A stretch of DNA of 64,000 nt from the human T2T-CHM13v2.0 reference genome, Homo sapiens (GCF_009914755.1 NC_060926.1); one strand, 5' to 3'; shown: positions 31,881 through 44,998, counted from the first letter of the stretch. The notes: a model not told the origin generated them from the letters alone. Numbers and translations are program-made.

Positions 31881-33289
31881 TGAAATTTTAATTTTAAACA
31901 AGTTTACCAACTGGAAGTGCTTATGAACATATGAAATATGTATTATCATCTTGATAAATATACTCACAGATCCAGTAATATATATATCATCAAGTCATTT
32001 AAATTTCTGTATTATGAGAATTTTTTTGCTTGTAAGTGAAAGAAATTCAATCAAACCAGCTTAAGCCACTAAAAAAGGGCAGGCAATATGGCAACTTTCT
32101 GAAATTTCCACTTGAAATTGCTGTGAAACTGAACCTGTTCTAAAAAATAAAGTTTATTTATGCAAGAAAGATGCCAAGGCTGGAAAAAAAAAATAAAGTC
32201 TACTTTAAAAAGGGGGTGACAGGCAGATCTGGGGGTAACTGACAGTGTGGATGGAATATTTTTGCCACCCAGATTCATTATTTAGAACAATCCAGATAAG
32301 GACTGCTCCTAAAACTATCCAAATGCATGAGATTTTGGTTGGACCTTCGTGATTTTTATCACAGATTAATTACGAGGATAATGCTTTATATATTCTTTTG
32401 TGGGGAAAAAAGATCTGTTATTGTACTGCTATGAGAGAATCACTAAAAAGTTCTTATATGAGTAAGGCAGTTAATCCTGATCCTAAAGATGAACATTCGG
32501 TAGTGGCATTTGTAAGAATATCCTTAGAAGGAAACTGAGTGTGGAACGTGGCAAAATTGATGATGGTAACCCTGGTGGAAACCAGTCTATTTTGACTTCT
32601 CTGTCAATTCATAGGCTTTGGAAAATATTTAGTACCCCCCAAGTACATTTTAAGGCATTTGAGAAGAGTCTTGAAGACTGCCAGATTCTCAGGCTGTTGG
32701 AATTTCATGAGCAAGAAGGAAAAATAAGTGAAAACAAAATGATATAAACTCTGGACCATGAAACAAGGATTTGGTTTTGTGGGACATTCAAATAAATACA
32801 CAGGCAAACTATTTTTGCTGACATGTATAAAGTAAGCCTTCCTTTTAAGCCATTAGACAGAAGCAGATGTCAAAGATGAAATCAAAGAAGGTAGAATCTT
32901 GGGTTAGCTGAGCTCAGAGGGACCCCAGAAATCATCTCTCCAGCCTTGTCATCTTACAGTTAGAGACACCGGAGCCTAGAGAACCCAAGTGACTGGCCCA
33001 GCTGAGGCTCTTTCTTCCGTGCCACACTTCTCTTGAAATAAAACACACTGAAAGAGCGAGCAATTCCTAGAAACTCCTCCATGACTAGAGGGAAAAACAG
33101 AAGGAAGGGAAGGAGGAAAAGGAGATCCTTGCTCAAGGAGGGAGTTCCTTTTCCAGTGGCTCAGCCCAAAGTCCCTTTAATAAATTGTTCTTAAACTTCA
33201 GGCAGACATGTCTGTTCATCCCATCAGTTACTCCCAATTATTCATCATTAGTAACCAACGTTCTGTACCCAGTTAAAAATGAGACGGAC

Positions 33290-33830
33290 TTGAATGGATA
33301 AAATGTGGTACATCTAGACAATGGCTTATTGTTTAGCACTAAAAAGAAATGAGCTATCAAGCCATGAAAAGACATGGAGAAAACCTCAATGGATATTATT
33401 AAGTGAAAGAAGACAACCAGGAAAGGCTACGTACTGACTTTCCGGAAAAGCCAAAATTATGGAGACAGTTAAAAGTATCGGTGGTTTCCAGGGGTTGGGG
33501 GAAGGCAAAGATGAATAGGCCTAGCACAGAGCGTTTTTAGGACATTGAAAATCCTTTGCATGATACTCTAATGATGGATACGTGTAATTATATACTTATC
33601 CAAACTCACAGACTATACAACACCAAGAGTGAACCCTAGTGTAAACTGTGGACTTTGGTGATAATGATGTGTCAATGTAGGTTCAGCAATTCTACTAATC
33701 GTTCCACTCTAGTGGGGACATCGACAATGGGAAGGCCGTGCATGTGTGGGTGAAGGGGGCATATGGAAAGTCTCTGTCCTTTCTCTTAACTTTGCTGAGA
33801 ACCTAAAACTGCTCTTAAAAAAAGTCTTAA
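33290..33830 (+). mobile_element. L1MC-like 3' end
   Basis: AAGAAATGAGCTATCAAGCCATGAAAAGACATGGAG, ACACCAAGAGTGAACCCTA, AACCTAAAACTGCTCT. Confidence 0.88.
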
Positions 33831-34728
33831 AGAAAGAATAAGACTATGAAAAAAATCAAGGTTTTAAAAAATGAAGTGAGTTTCAGGATAGAATGCAAGG
33901 AAATGTTAGAAACGCACCTTATATATGCATATTAAAAGGAGTTAATTGGCTTTTAAAATATTAATCTTAATAAACTTATTGTCTTACTAAAAAGTTTATG
34001 AGACTATATAAGTACTAATCTAATAAACAATGCTCTATGACCTGAATATCCCAAATATTAGTTAGTAGGAGGATAGATGCCTGCAAGCATGAAAGAAAGA
34101 TTTAGTTTTGGATTTTCTGTCAATTTCTCGAGTAACTTTGGGAATGTCACTGTACTTTAGTTGTAGCTTCTCAACCCATAAAAAAGGGTAATAAAATTAC
34201 CCACTGAGGGAACCTCAAAGAAGTGTTCTTACGATTAATGAGTTGATGATGCTGACTTGGCTTACACACCTGAGATGAAAGGCTGTGTATAAAAATGTAA
34301 TGCCATTGTTGTTATAATTCCTGTTATTGTTCATACACAAGCAAATATAGGTGCACACGTTAGTCACAGCTAAAGATTAGGCCACCCAAGAAAAAGAATG
34401 AGTGCCTTTATGAATTGTGATTTCATTTGCACTATTACGTTTTCAGCATTATTTTAGTTAGATATACACCCTAACTTGAGTTATTGTTATAACAAAATGA
34501 TTTCAAAACCTGACTTCCTGGTAGGAGATGAGGAATATGTGGAATGTTCCAGTAGCCAGCACTGGGACCTTCATAGTGCCTCTTGGATCTCAGTTTCCAA
34601 GTCAGTAAAATCCAGTTGTAGGATTAGGTGATCTCTGACTTTTCTATTAGCGCTGAGAGTTTACAATTCTCTATCACTCCAGCAACCCTGAGGGCCAATC
34701 CTGCAGCTGATGAAAAATAGAAGCCCTA

Positions 34729-35017
34729 GGCTGAGTACAGTGGCTCATGCCTGTAATCCCAGCACTTTGGGAGGCAGAAGTGGGCAGATTGCTTGAGCTC
34801 AGGAGTTTGAGACCAGCCTGGGTATCATGGTGAAACCCCGTCTCTACAAAAAATATAAAGTTAGCCGGGCATGGTGGCATGCGCCTGTGGTCCCAGCTCC
34901 TTGGGAGGCTGAGGTGGAGGATTGCTTGAGCCCAAGAAGTTGAGGCTGCAGTGAGCCATGATAGTGCCACTGCACTCCAGTCTGGGTGACAGAGTGAGAG
35001 CTTGTCTCAAAAAAAAA
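34729..35017 (+). mobile_element. Alu (AluJ-like)
   Basis: Full dimer; tail expanded into a GAAA/GA repeat. Confidence 0.93.
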
Positions 35018-35187
35018 GAAAGAAAAGAGAGAGAGAAGGAAGGAAAGAATAAAGAAAGAAAGAGAGAGAGAAGGAAGGAAAGAATAAAGAAAGAGAGAGA
35101 GAAAGAAAGAAAGAAGGAAAGAAAGAAAGAAAGAGCAAGAAAGAAAAGAGAGAGAGAAAGAAAGAAAGGAAGGAAAAGAAAAGAGAA
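35008..35187. repeat. Compound (GAAA/GA/GGAA)n purine tract
   Basis: About 180 bp almost purely purine on the + strand, derived from the Alu tail. Confidence 0.92.
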
Positions 35188-36029
35188 GTTGGGGAAGGTT
35201 GGTTTTAAAACTGAGCAGTACAGTGATGCTTTAATACAGCTGTGCTGTAATCTTCGTTCTGTTACTTTATATTACTTGTAGTCAGACTTCCTCATCTGCA
35301 AATGGAGCTCAGAGCTCAGTGACCCTTCAGAGGGTCATTGGGAGGATTACATGAAAGGCTTAGATAGTACCCGGCACATAGGAAATGCTCAACCAATGTC
35401 AGATTTTACCAGGCTCTGGAAGGACCTACGTAGCGTCAACTTCACTTGCTCTGGCACCTGTACAACATTCACCAAACACTCACAATGCTCCTAGCAGAGT
35501 GCCTCCCACCCAGTAAATGCTCAAGCTAAAGACAATTTTTTTCAAGAAAAGTTTGAATTGCTTATTAATTCAAATCATTGTGGGCTGCAAAGAGCCTGAA
35601 AAGTGTCCCCCCAAACTATGCAGAATGGCTTTTGCATGTGCTCATAGCTGAACCTGGTTCTGACCGTTCATTCATCCATTAATTCATTCACCCAAGCACT
35701 CATTTATTTATCACTTATTTATCTGGGTCCCTGTGATGCACTTTGTGTAGCGCTGAATGCCAAGAAACAATTTTGAACTGGACAAAATCCCTCAGGGATC
35801 TTGCATTCTAATGACATCTAAACTGCTTCTTCCATATTCTCCGTCTCTGAATTCTCTTTGCTTGTTTCCTGTTGCAGCCAGGGACCTTTGAGGTGACAAA
35901 GCTCCCCAAATCGGTATTCATTTGGAAAGCGGAGAAGGCGCCTGTCCTTCTCTGTCGCACTGGCTTTGTATCTGTGACAGTATGCACTGTGCTTAATCAT
36001 GACAGGTACCAACTATGTTTTTGGGTTTT

Positions 36030-36235
36030 CTTTGCCGGGCACTACACTAAATGCCTTGTTTTGTATTATCTCCTTTCATCCAACCCAGTGGGGTAAGTAG
36101 TAGGTATAATTATCAGCTCTTTTTGGCAGATGTGGAAACTGAGGCATAGGACGTTTAAAGCAACTTGCCCAAGTTACAGGGCCAGTAAATGTTTGAGCTG
36201 AGATGTGGAGGCTTCAAGTCAGAATTGCCTAGCTC
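36030..36235 (-). mobile_element. MIR remnant
   Basis: CAGATGTGGAAACTGAGGCA...AAGCAACTTGCCCAAG. Confidence 0.75.
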
Positions 36236-36940
36236 TGTGTTTTCCCTATGTCTCACAAAGGTTTTAGTGAAATACTTGTTTTGGTTTCCACTTAGAGGCC
36301 CTCTTTGCCCCAGTCTTTCCTCCCCATCCCTTTAAGACTGACAGTCTCCATTGAGATGGTGCCAGACATAGATAAGAATGAAAGACTCGGTGCTATTCTA
36401 GGGACCGCTCCTCTCCTCCTCTCCAGGGCCTAAGACTTTTGTCCTGGGTCAAGCCTCTTGAGCATGGCTCTCTCTCCCTTGAGAAAAGGTTTTTCACCAC
36501 GAAGTTCTCCAGCCCTTAATGCAAATTGACATGTGGCAGGCAGCTCCAGATCTGAGTATCTCTTCTGCCCTATATTGCAGAATTAGACAACATACCCACG
36601 TTGACCTTTTCTGCATGATCTGTTCTGGATATGACTAATATATGCAGTTGCTGAGACAAACAAATGATTCTGTTCACCCTCCCAAACCTAGGTGCCAAAG
36701 TAGCAGATTGCTAGTGGGCAGGGTGTGTCATCTCATTTACCCGCTCTTCCTAGAAGCACATACATATAGCGTTGCAGAGAGTTGCTTACAGAGTGGGAGA
36801 GGAAAATTGTTCTTATGTTAAGGAACAGGCTTAATAGTGCTTAGGCCAGCTCACTGCCTTGACATTGGGAGAGGGAGCCAGAGATCAGCTTCCTCATATC
36901 ATCAATGAACACTGTTACAGTATATGATCTTTGCAAATTT

Positions 36941-37332
36941 ATGTTTTGGTCAGCTAGGGCTGCTGGAACAAAATACCATAGACCGAGTGGCTTAAAGAAC
37001 AGAAATCTATTTCTCACAGTTCTGAGGCTGGAAGTCTGAGATCAGGGTGCCAGTCTGAGATCAGGGTGCCAGCATGGTTGGGTTCTGGTGAGAGCTCTCC
37101 TTCTGGCTTGCAGATGGCTGCCTTCTCAATGTCTTTACATGGTAGTGACAGAACAAGTCCCCATCTCTTCCGCTTCTAATAAAGGCACTAATCCCATCAG
37201 AGGGGTCCCACTCCCATGACCTTATCTAAACCAAATCATCTCCCAAAGGCTCCACTTTCAAATTCCATCATATTGGGGGTTAGGGCTTCAACATATGAAT
37301 ATTGAGGGGACATAAATATTCAGTCCACACAA
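36941..37332 (-). mobile_element. MaLR LTR (MLT1A/MSTD-like)
   Basis: GGGCTGCTGGAACAAAATACCATAGAC...GGGGTTAGGGCTTCAACATATGAAT; internal 19-bp tandem duplication. Confidence 0.88.
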
Positions 37333-37353
37333 TTTATAAAAGACCAGTCATAA

Positions 37354-37671
<318 letters not shown>

Positions 37672-37887
37672 TAATAGGCATAAAAAGTGAAATCATAGTA
37701 TCTATCCAACAAGAGGAAAGGGAGATGGGGAGATCATAGTAGAATGCACCAGAGGTGTCTGAATATGGGTTCCAGGTACCTAGGGACTAACTGAGAGAAA
37801 CCAGGGAATGAGAACTCAATCCATTTATGAGGAAATGAATATTTTGGAGGGCATGGGCAAGTGCCTTTCTAATAAGATTTCTTAGTA

Positions 37888-38100
37888 CCACACTTTTCAA
37901 ACTGGGGGCCATATCCATCTGGGAGTAGGAGGAGCCTTTCCTCCACAATAAAACAATTAAACAATATATACACCAGAATCTATGGTAAAGTAAGCGTTGT
38001 TCTATGAAACCTTTGCTTATACACATATTTGTGTATGTGTGCACTGGGTTGCACACATCTTTTTTGTGTGGGTTTTGGTCAAAATGTTTGAAAGTCACTG
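37888..38100 (+). mobile_element. MER103-like remnant
   Basis: TTTTCAAACTG...GTGTGCACTGGGTTGC...GGTCAAAATGTTTGAAAGTCACTG. Confidence 0.6.
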
Positions 38101-38364
38101 CCAATCTCTTCAATAATAACTCAGAATTTTAAAAAGTTTCTATTATATAATTATTCTCTTCCAAAAATAAACATGGGCACCGTTTCACTGCTGTGGCCAT
38201 TTTCTTCTTCCTCTTTTAAAATCTTTTCCAGTTCTAACAAATAAAATTTGATGATGTTCAATAGTAGGTTAAGGGACTTAAGTCTCCTTCCATGAGATAA
38301 TGATGACTTTTGAAAGCTCATTGTTAAAAGAAATCTATAAAATTTAACTAAAGAAAATACGTAA

Positions 38365-38664
38365 GGTTGGGCATGGCGGCTCACACCTGTAACCCCAGCA
38401 CTTTGGGAGGCCAAGGAGGGCAGATCACCTGAGGTCAGGAGTTCGAGACCAGCCTGGCCAACATGGTGAAACCCCTTCTCCACTAAAACTACAAAAATTA
38501 TCTGGCTGTGGTAGAACATGCCTGTAATCCCAGCTACTTGGGATGCCAAGGCACGAGAATTGCTTGAACCTGGGAGGCAGAGGTTGCAGTGAGTTTAGGT
38601 CGTGCCATTGCACTCCAACCTGGGCAATACAGTGAGACTCTGCCTCCAAAAAAAAAAAAGAAAG
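38365..38664 (+). mobile_element. Alu (AluS-like) whose tail hosts the SVA
   Basis: Left TSD AAAGAAAATACGTAA at 38350-38364; right copy AAAGAAAATATGTAA at 40943-40957, beyond the SVA. Confidence 0.95.
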
Positions 38665-40938
38665 GCTCTCCCTCTCCCCCTCCCCCTCCCCCTCCCCCTC
38701 CCCCTCCCCCTCCCCCTCCCCCTCCCTCTCCCTCTCCGTCTCCGTCTCCCCACGGTCTCCCTCTCATGCGGAGCCGAAGCTGGACTGTACTGCCGGATGG
38801 GCCGGTCTCCAGCCCCTAACCGCGAGTGATCCGCCAACCTCGGCCTCCCGAGGTGCCGGGATTGCAGACGGAGTCTCGTTCACTCAGTGCTCAATGGTGC
38901 CCAGGCTGGAGTGCAGTGGCGTGATCTCGGCTCACTACAACCTACACCTCCCAGCCGCCTGCCTTGGCCTCCCAAAGTGCCAAGATTGCAGCCTCTGCCC
39001 GGCCGCCACCCCGTCTGGGAAGTGAGGAGCGTCTCTGCCTGGCCGCCCATCGTCTGGGATGTGAGGAGCCCCTCTGCCTGGCTGCCCAGTCTGGAAAGTG
39101 AGGAGCGTCTCCGCCCGGCCGCCATCCCATCTAGGAAGTGAGGAGCGCCTCTTCCCAGCCGCCATCACATCTAGGAAGTGAGGAGCATCTCTGCCCGGCC
39201 GCCCATCCTCTGAGATGTGGGGAGCGCCTCTGCCCCGCCGCCCCATCTGGGATGTGAGGAGCGCCTCTGCCCGGCCGAGACCCCGTCTGGGAGGTGAGGA
39301 GCGTCTCTGCCCAGCCGCCCCGTCTGAGAAGTGAGGAGACCCTCTGCCCGGCAACCACCCCGTCTGAGAAGTGAGGAGCCCCTCCGCCCGGCAGCTGCCC
39401 CGTCTGAGAAGTGAGGAGCCTCTCCGCCCGGCAGCCACCCCATCTGGGAAGTGAGGAGCGTCTCCGCCCGGCAGCCACCCCGTCCGGGAGGGAGGTGGGG
39501 GGGGGTCAGCCCCCCGCCCGGCCAGCCGCCCCGTCCGGGAGGGAGGTGGGGGGGTCAGCCCCCCGCCTGGCCAGCCGCCCCGTCCGGGAGGGAGGTGGGG
39601 GGGTGAGCCCTCCGCCCGGCCAGCCGCCCCGTCTGGGAGGTGAGGGGCGCCTCTGCCCGGCCGCCCCTACTGGGAAGTGAGGAGCCCCTCTGCCCGGCCA
39701 GCCGCCCCCTCCGGGAGGGAGGTGGGGGGGTCGGCCCCCCGCCGGGCCAGCCGCCCCGTCCGGGAGGGAGGTGGGGGGGTCAGCCCTCCGCCCGGCCAGC
39801 CGCCCCGTCTGGGAGGTGAGGGGCGCCTCTGCCCGGCCGCCCCTACTGGGAAGTGAGGAGCCCCTCTGCCCGGCCAGCCGCCCCGTCCGGGAGGGAGGTG
39901 GGGGGGTCGGCCCCCCGCCCGGCCAGCCGCCCCGTCTGGGAGGGAGGTGGGGTGGTCAGCCCTCCGCCCGGCCAGCCGCCCCGTCCGGGAGGGAGGTGGG
40001 GATGTCGGCCCCCCGCCCGGCCAGCCGCCCCGTCCGGGAGGGAGGTGGGGGGGTCAGCCCTCCGCCCGGCCAGCCGCCCCGTCCGGGAGGGAGGTGGGGA
40101 TGTCGGCCCCCCGCCCGGCCAGCCGCCCCGTCCGGGAGGGAGGTGGGGGGGTCAGCCCCCCGCCCAGCCAGCCGCCCCGTCCGGGAGGGAGGTGGGGGGG
40201 GGTCAGCCCCCCCGCCCGGCCAGCCGCCCCGTCCGGGAGGTGAGGGGCGCCTCTGCCCGGCCACCCCTACTGGGAAGTGAGGAGCCCCTCTGCCCGGCCA
40301 GCCGCCCTGTCCGGGAGGGAGGTGGGGGGATCGGCCCCCCGCCCGGCCAGCCGCCCCGTCCGGGAGGGAGGTGGGGGGGTCGGCCCCCTGCCCGGCCAGC
40401 CGCCCGGTCCGGGAGGGAGGTGGGGATGTCGGCCCCCCGCCCGGCCAGCCGCCCCGTCCGGGAGGGAGGTGGGGGGGTCAGCCCCCCGCCCGGCCAGCCA
40501 CCCCGTCCGGGAGGGAGGTGGGGGGGGTCAGCCCCCCCGCCCGGCCAGCCGCCCCGTCCGGGAGGTGAGGGGCGCCTCTGCCCGGCCGCCCCTACTGGGA
40601 AGTGAGGAGCCCCTCTGCCCGGCCACCACCCCGTCTGGGAGGTGTGCCCAACAGCTCATTGAGAACGGGCCAGGATGACAATGGCGGCTTTGTGGAATAG
40701 AAAGGCGGGAAAGGTGGGGAAAAGATTGAGAAATCGGATGGTTGCCGTGTCTGTGTAGAAAGAAGTAGACATGGGAGACTTTTCATTTTGTTCTGCACTA
40801 AGAAAAATTCCTCTCTCTTGGGATCCTGTTGATCTGTGACCTTACCCCCAACCCTGTGCTCTCTGAAACATGTGCTGTGTCCACTCAGGATTAAATGGAT
40901 TAAGGGCGGTGCAAAAAAAAAAAAAAAAAAAAAGAAAG
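38665..40938 (+). mobile_element. SVA retrotransposon (SVA_F-like): 5'-complete, Alu-like domain internally deleted, SINE-R 3'-truncated
   Basis: Hexamer head (38666-38750), Alu-like domain CTCATGCGGAGCCGAAGCTGGACTGTACTG / CTACAACCTACACCTCCC, GC-rich VNTR (~39000-40640), SINE-R GGGCCAGGATGACAATGGCGGCTTTGTGG, poly-A from 40913, TSD A(n)GAAAG. Confidence 0.97.
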
Positions 40939-41856
40939 AAAAAAAGAAAATATGTAAATAAAGAGAGATAATGTACCATATCCTTGAATGCAAAGACTCA
41001 ATAGCATTTAAAGTCTTTTGCAATATTGGATTCTCATTTCCTCACAGGTAAACTTGCTTTTTAGTTTTGTCCATTTGGCTGTTTAATCCTTCTACTGACA
41101 TTTGTCTATTATATTTAAAACTTTCAAGATATTAGTTATTTCATGTCTATGATATCCTCTCAAATTTTCTGAGGATATTAATTTTTGTCATAACATCTTT
41201 TGCCTGTCTAATTAGCTATATTCTCTCAGGCATTTATTCTTCTGTTTATTGAATTCGGTGCCATTTTATGATAGTGTTTCTCCCTAAATATTTAGTGATA
41301 CTTGTTTTCCTCTTGATCTTTGTACTGAAAGTTTCTGGCCACCTGCCAGTTATACCTAGCGTTCTGGGAGCAGGTGGGGTGGACAGGAGAACTGTGTTGA
41401 CAGGAGGAGGCGACCTTTAGCTTCTCCTTAAGTGTGGAAGCTACCAGTGCCCATAGGGATGTGTAATTTTCCACATCTTGTCTCTATAGCACCAGTGCCC
41501 ACAACCAAGGCCTTAACTGTGAGCTAATCCCTGAGCTTTCCAAATTTCTCCTACATCTTTCCTTGTGTATTCTGCTCCTCAACCATTGCTTCTCAGTTGG
41601 ATGTGTTCCTAGGACTGCTCTCAACATTAAACCTTGTTTTCTTCTGGTTATTAATCCATAGTGCTAGCCCTTAGGGATCTCTGTTAGTAATCCTTTAACT
41701 TTTTTGGTCCATTGAAAACACTCTTATTTTCCAAGTCTAATATGAAATTTATTCCGGCTTAATGTTTGTTCCAGCTCCAAAACCACAAATTATGACATCA
41801 TGTATATATCTCCTGATCTAACATTTTAACTGTATCTTTGATGTTTAATATTCATC

Positions 41857-42160
<304 letters not shown>

Positions 42161-42336
42161 CATCTTTCGTATCTTAAATCAGTACCTTCCCTAAAATGGA
42201 TAAATAGTATTTTCACTATCTGTCCTCTCTTTTTAGCAAAGCAATATCCTCTGAAAAAGTAAGAAGGAAAGATCTCAAGTGTATAGAATTATCCTTCTCA
42301 TGTCAAATTACTTGTATTATTAATATAGGCTGGGTC

Positions 42337-42623
42337 GGCTGGGCGCGGTGGCTAAAGCCTGTAATCCCAGCACTTTCAGAGGCCAAGGCAGGCAGATCAT
42401 GAGGTCAGGAGTTTGAGACCAGCCTGGCCAACATAGTGAAACCCTGTCTCTACTAAAAATACAAAAATTAGCTGGGTGTGGTGGCATGCACCTGTAATCC
42501 CAGCTATTTAGGAGGCTGAGGTGGGAGAATTGCTTGAACCCAGGAGGCGGAGGTTGCGGTGAGCCGAGACCATGCTATTGCACTCCAGCCTGGGTGACAG
42601 AGTGAGACTCCGTCTAAAAACAA

Positions 42624-42624
<1 letters not shown>
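42337..42624 (+). mobile_element. Alu (AluS-like) followed by (TA)n
   Basis: Full dimer; (TA)n at ~42629-42665. Confidence 0.94.
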
Positions 42625-42668
<44 letters not shown>

Positions 42669-43619
42669 TCAAATCCAATACATTGGCTTTATCTATATAA
42701 TTGGTTTTCATGATCAGTGTCATTTCATTTCCTACAGGAATAGCAGGGCAGGCACTTAAATAATGTCTTTACCAGACTTACCTTCTGTCCCCAGTAGATA
42801 GAAATTTGTAAAAGGCTGTTGAAAAAAATGTCGAAAGTCAGAAAAGCCTGTCATCTGAAGCTTCAGTTTCTGTAGAATGGGGCTTGTTGCCTTAATCTTT
42901 GTATTTCTGCAAAGTCTCTTTGCTTCTTAGGTTAGTTGTACAAATTACAATCCATTTATCATTCAAGTGTAAGTGTGAAAACGCCTTCTAGGGCGATTAT
43001 TGAGAAAAGACTGAGTCTCTGACAAAAATAAATACTGACTTAGAACCAGACAGAAACTGTATATTACTAGGAAACCTTTCTCATTAATGGATCAATGAGA
43101 TCAATCAGTAATTAAGCACTTCCCACAACTCAACACAGAACTCCCTCAATAGCAAAGCCAGTAAAAAATGAGTTTTTACTCATTTTTTTAGGCTAATTTC
43201 AAGAAATAGGAGAAAACAAAGAGACCAAAGAAACTAAGAAATCACTGCAATGATAATATGGGAGTCATTATAGGCAGGATTTGGGGACATTTGCCTTCAC
43301 TTATTCTGGCCTGGTAGATAAATTGGGTCCTGTTTTTTTTCTGCAGCCTTATGTAACAGTCTTACTTTTTCAGGTTGAATGGAGTTCACAGTGGTTCTTA
43401 ACCTCATTTTCTTCTAGCTAAAAGTTATGACTCATTTATATCTGCAATTGCCTCACCCTTTCATTTTTCAGTGGAGCTAAGGCATCGGGATTATGGGTGG
43501 GAGGCAGATCCTCAACAAGAAGCCTGAGGAATGGACTGGAAGATACTAAGGCTGGCAAAGGAACACAGGCTTCTGCCTGCTTTGTTTTCCAGAACTCGGT
43601 CTTCCTTTTCTTGGAATGT

Positions 43620-43845
43620 TGTCTTCATTCTATCTCATCTTAAAAGTCACCTCCTCCAGGCAGCCTTCCCTGACTCTCCAGACCCTCTGTCCTTATTCTT
43701 CTTCATCTAGGCATGTGATTATATCACTCCCTGGACCTTAAGGTCATGAAAACTGTGACTTTGTTTTGCCCACAAGTGGCACTGCCAAGATATCACATAG
43801 TGCCTGGTGCATAGCAGGTACTGTAAACATGTAGTGAATGTGTGG
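43620..43845 (+). mobile_element. L2 3' remnant
   Basis: GTCACCTCCTCCAGGCAGCCTTCCCTGAC...AGTGCCTGGTGCATAGCAGGTAC. Confidence 0.7.
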
Positions 43846-44544
43846 ATTACATCTCTTTTCCGGCATCGAATCCTAAGTTCTGATTGGGTTTGTGAGGCCT
43901 GAGTCTGAGTTGTTGGCAAAAGTGAAATTTCCCCAGCACTTAGCAGAGTATCTTCCTTTTTCATCTTGCCTCTCCTTCAGTTGTCCTTCTTACTCACTCA
44001 TTCCCATTTCAAGCTTGGCTCAAAAAGTGCTAAGTATGGCTTCAATATTTTGCTGATGAAATGGTATCTTTTTATTATCTGGCTAAATATCTTCCTAACC
44101 CTGTCATATTCTCTGTAAAAAAGAGATAAGAATTCAGTTATAAAGCCCTTTGAATAAGTTGATTATGATTTTTATAAACTGAAAATAAAATACTGACGTT
44201 GAGTGAGTTCAATTATTGCTATAATTGCAGGGAGTCATCTTTTCTGAAATCAAATTTGTAACTTAATCCTTTCAAGAAAAGTAATATTTTGACTATGGCT
44301 GGTAATCAGACAAAGAAAAAGTCTTAAATTATAACAGAAAGGCCCAATTAACATTCAAAATTGATTTGCCACCCAGATCATCTAATGGTATCAAGTACAG
44401 CATTATTTTCACAAAATGTTTAAAATCGAGGGGGAGATAAAAATTGTGTGAAGCATTTTACCTGAAGTATTAATTAAATGCAATCATTTAATAAGTTAAG
44501 AATGTTTAAAAATTTTTTAAATATCTATTTTAATATAGAAATAG

Positions 44545-44998
<454 letters not shown>

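Noticed and set aside
34958-35281. Lys/Arg/Glu-rich ORF
   Set aside because: Translation of the Alu tail GAAA repeat
39000-40640. Regularly spaced repeats superficially like a CRISPR array
   Set aside because: SVA VNTR; no unique spacers, no cas genes, primate DNA
38666-40700. CpG-island-like GC-rich region suggesting a promoter
   Set aside because: It lies entirely within the SVA
38534-41023. Many long Pro/Gly/Arg-rich ORFs (up to 250 aa)
   Set aside because: They arise from the stop-poor GC-rich SVA hexamer and VNTR and are not genes
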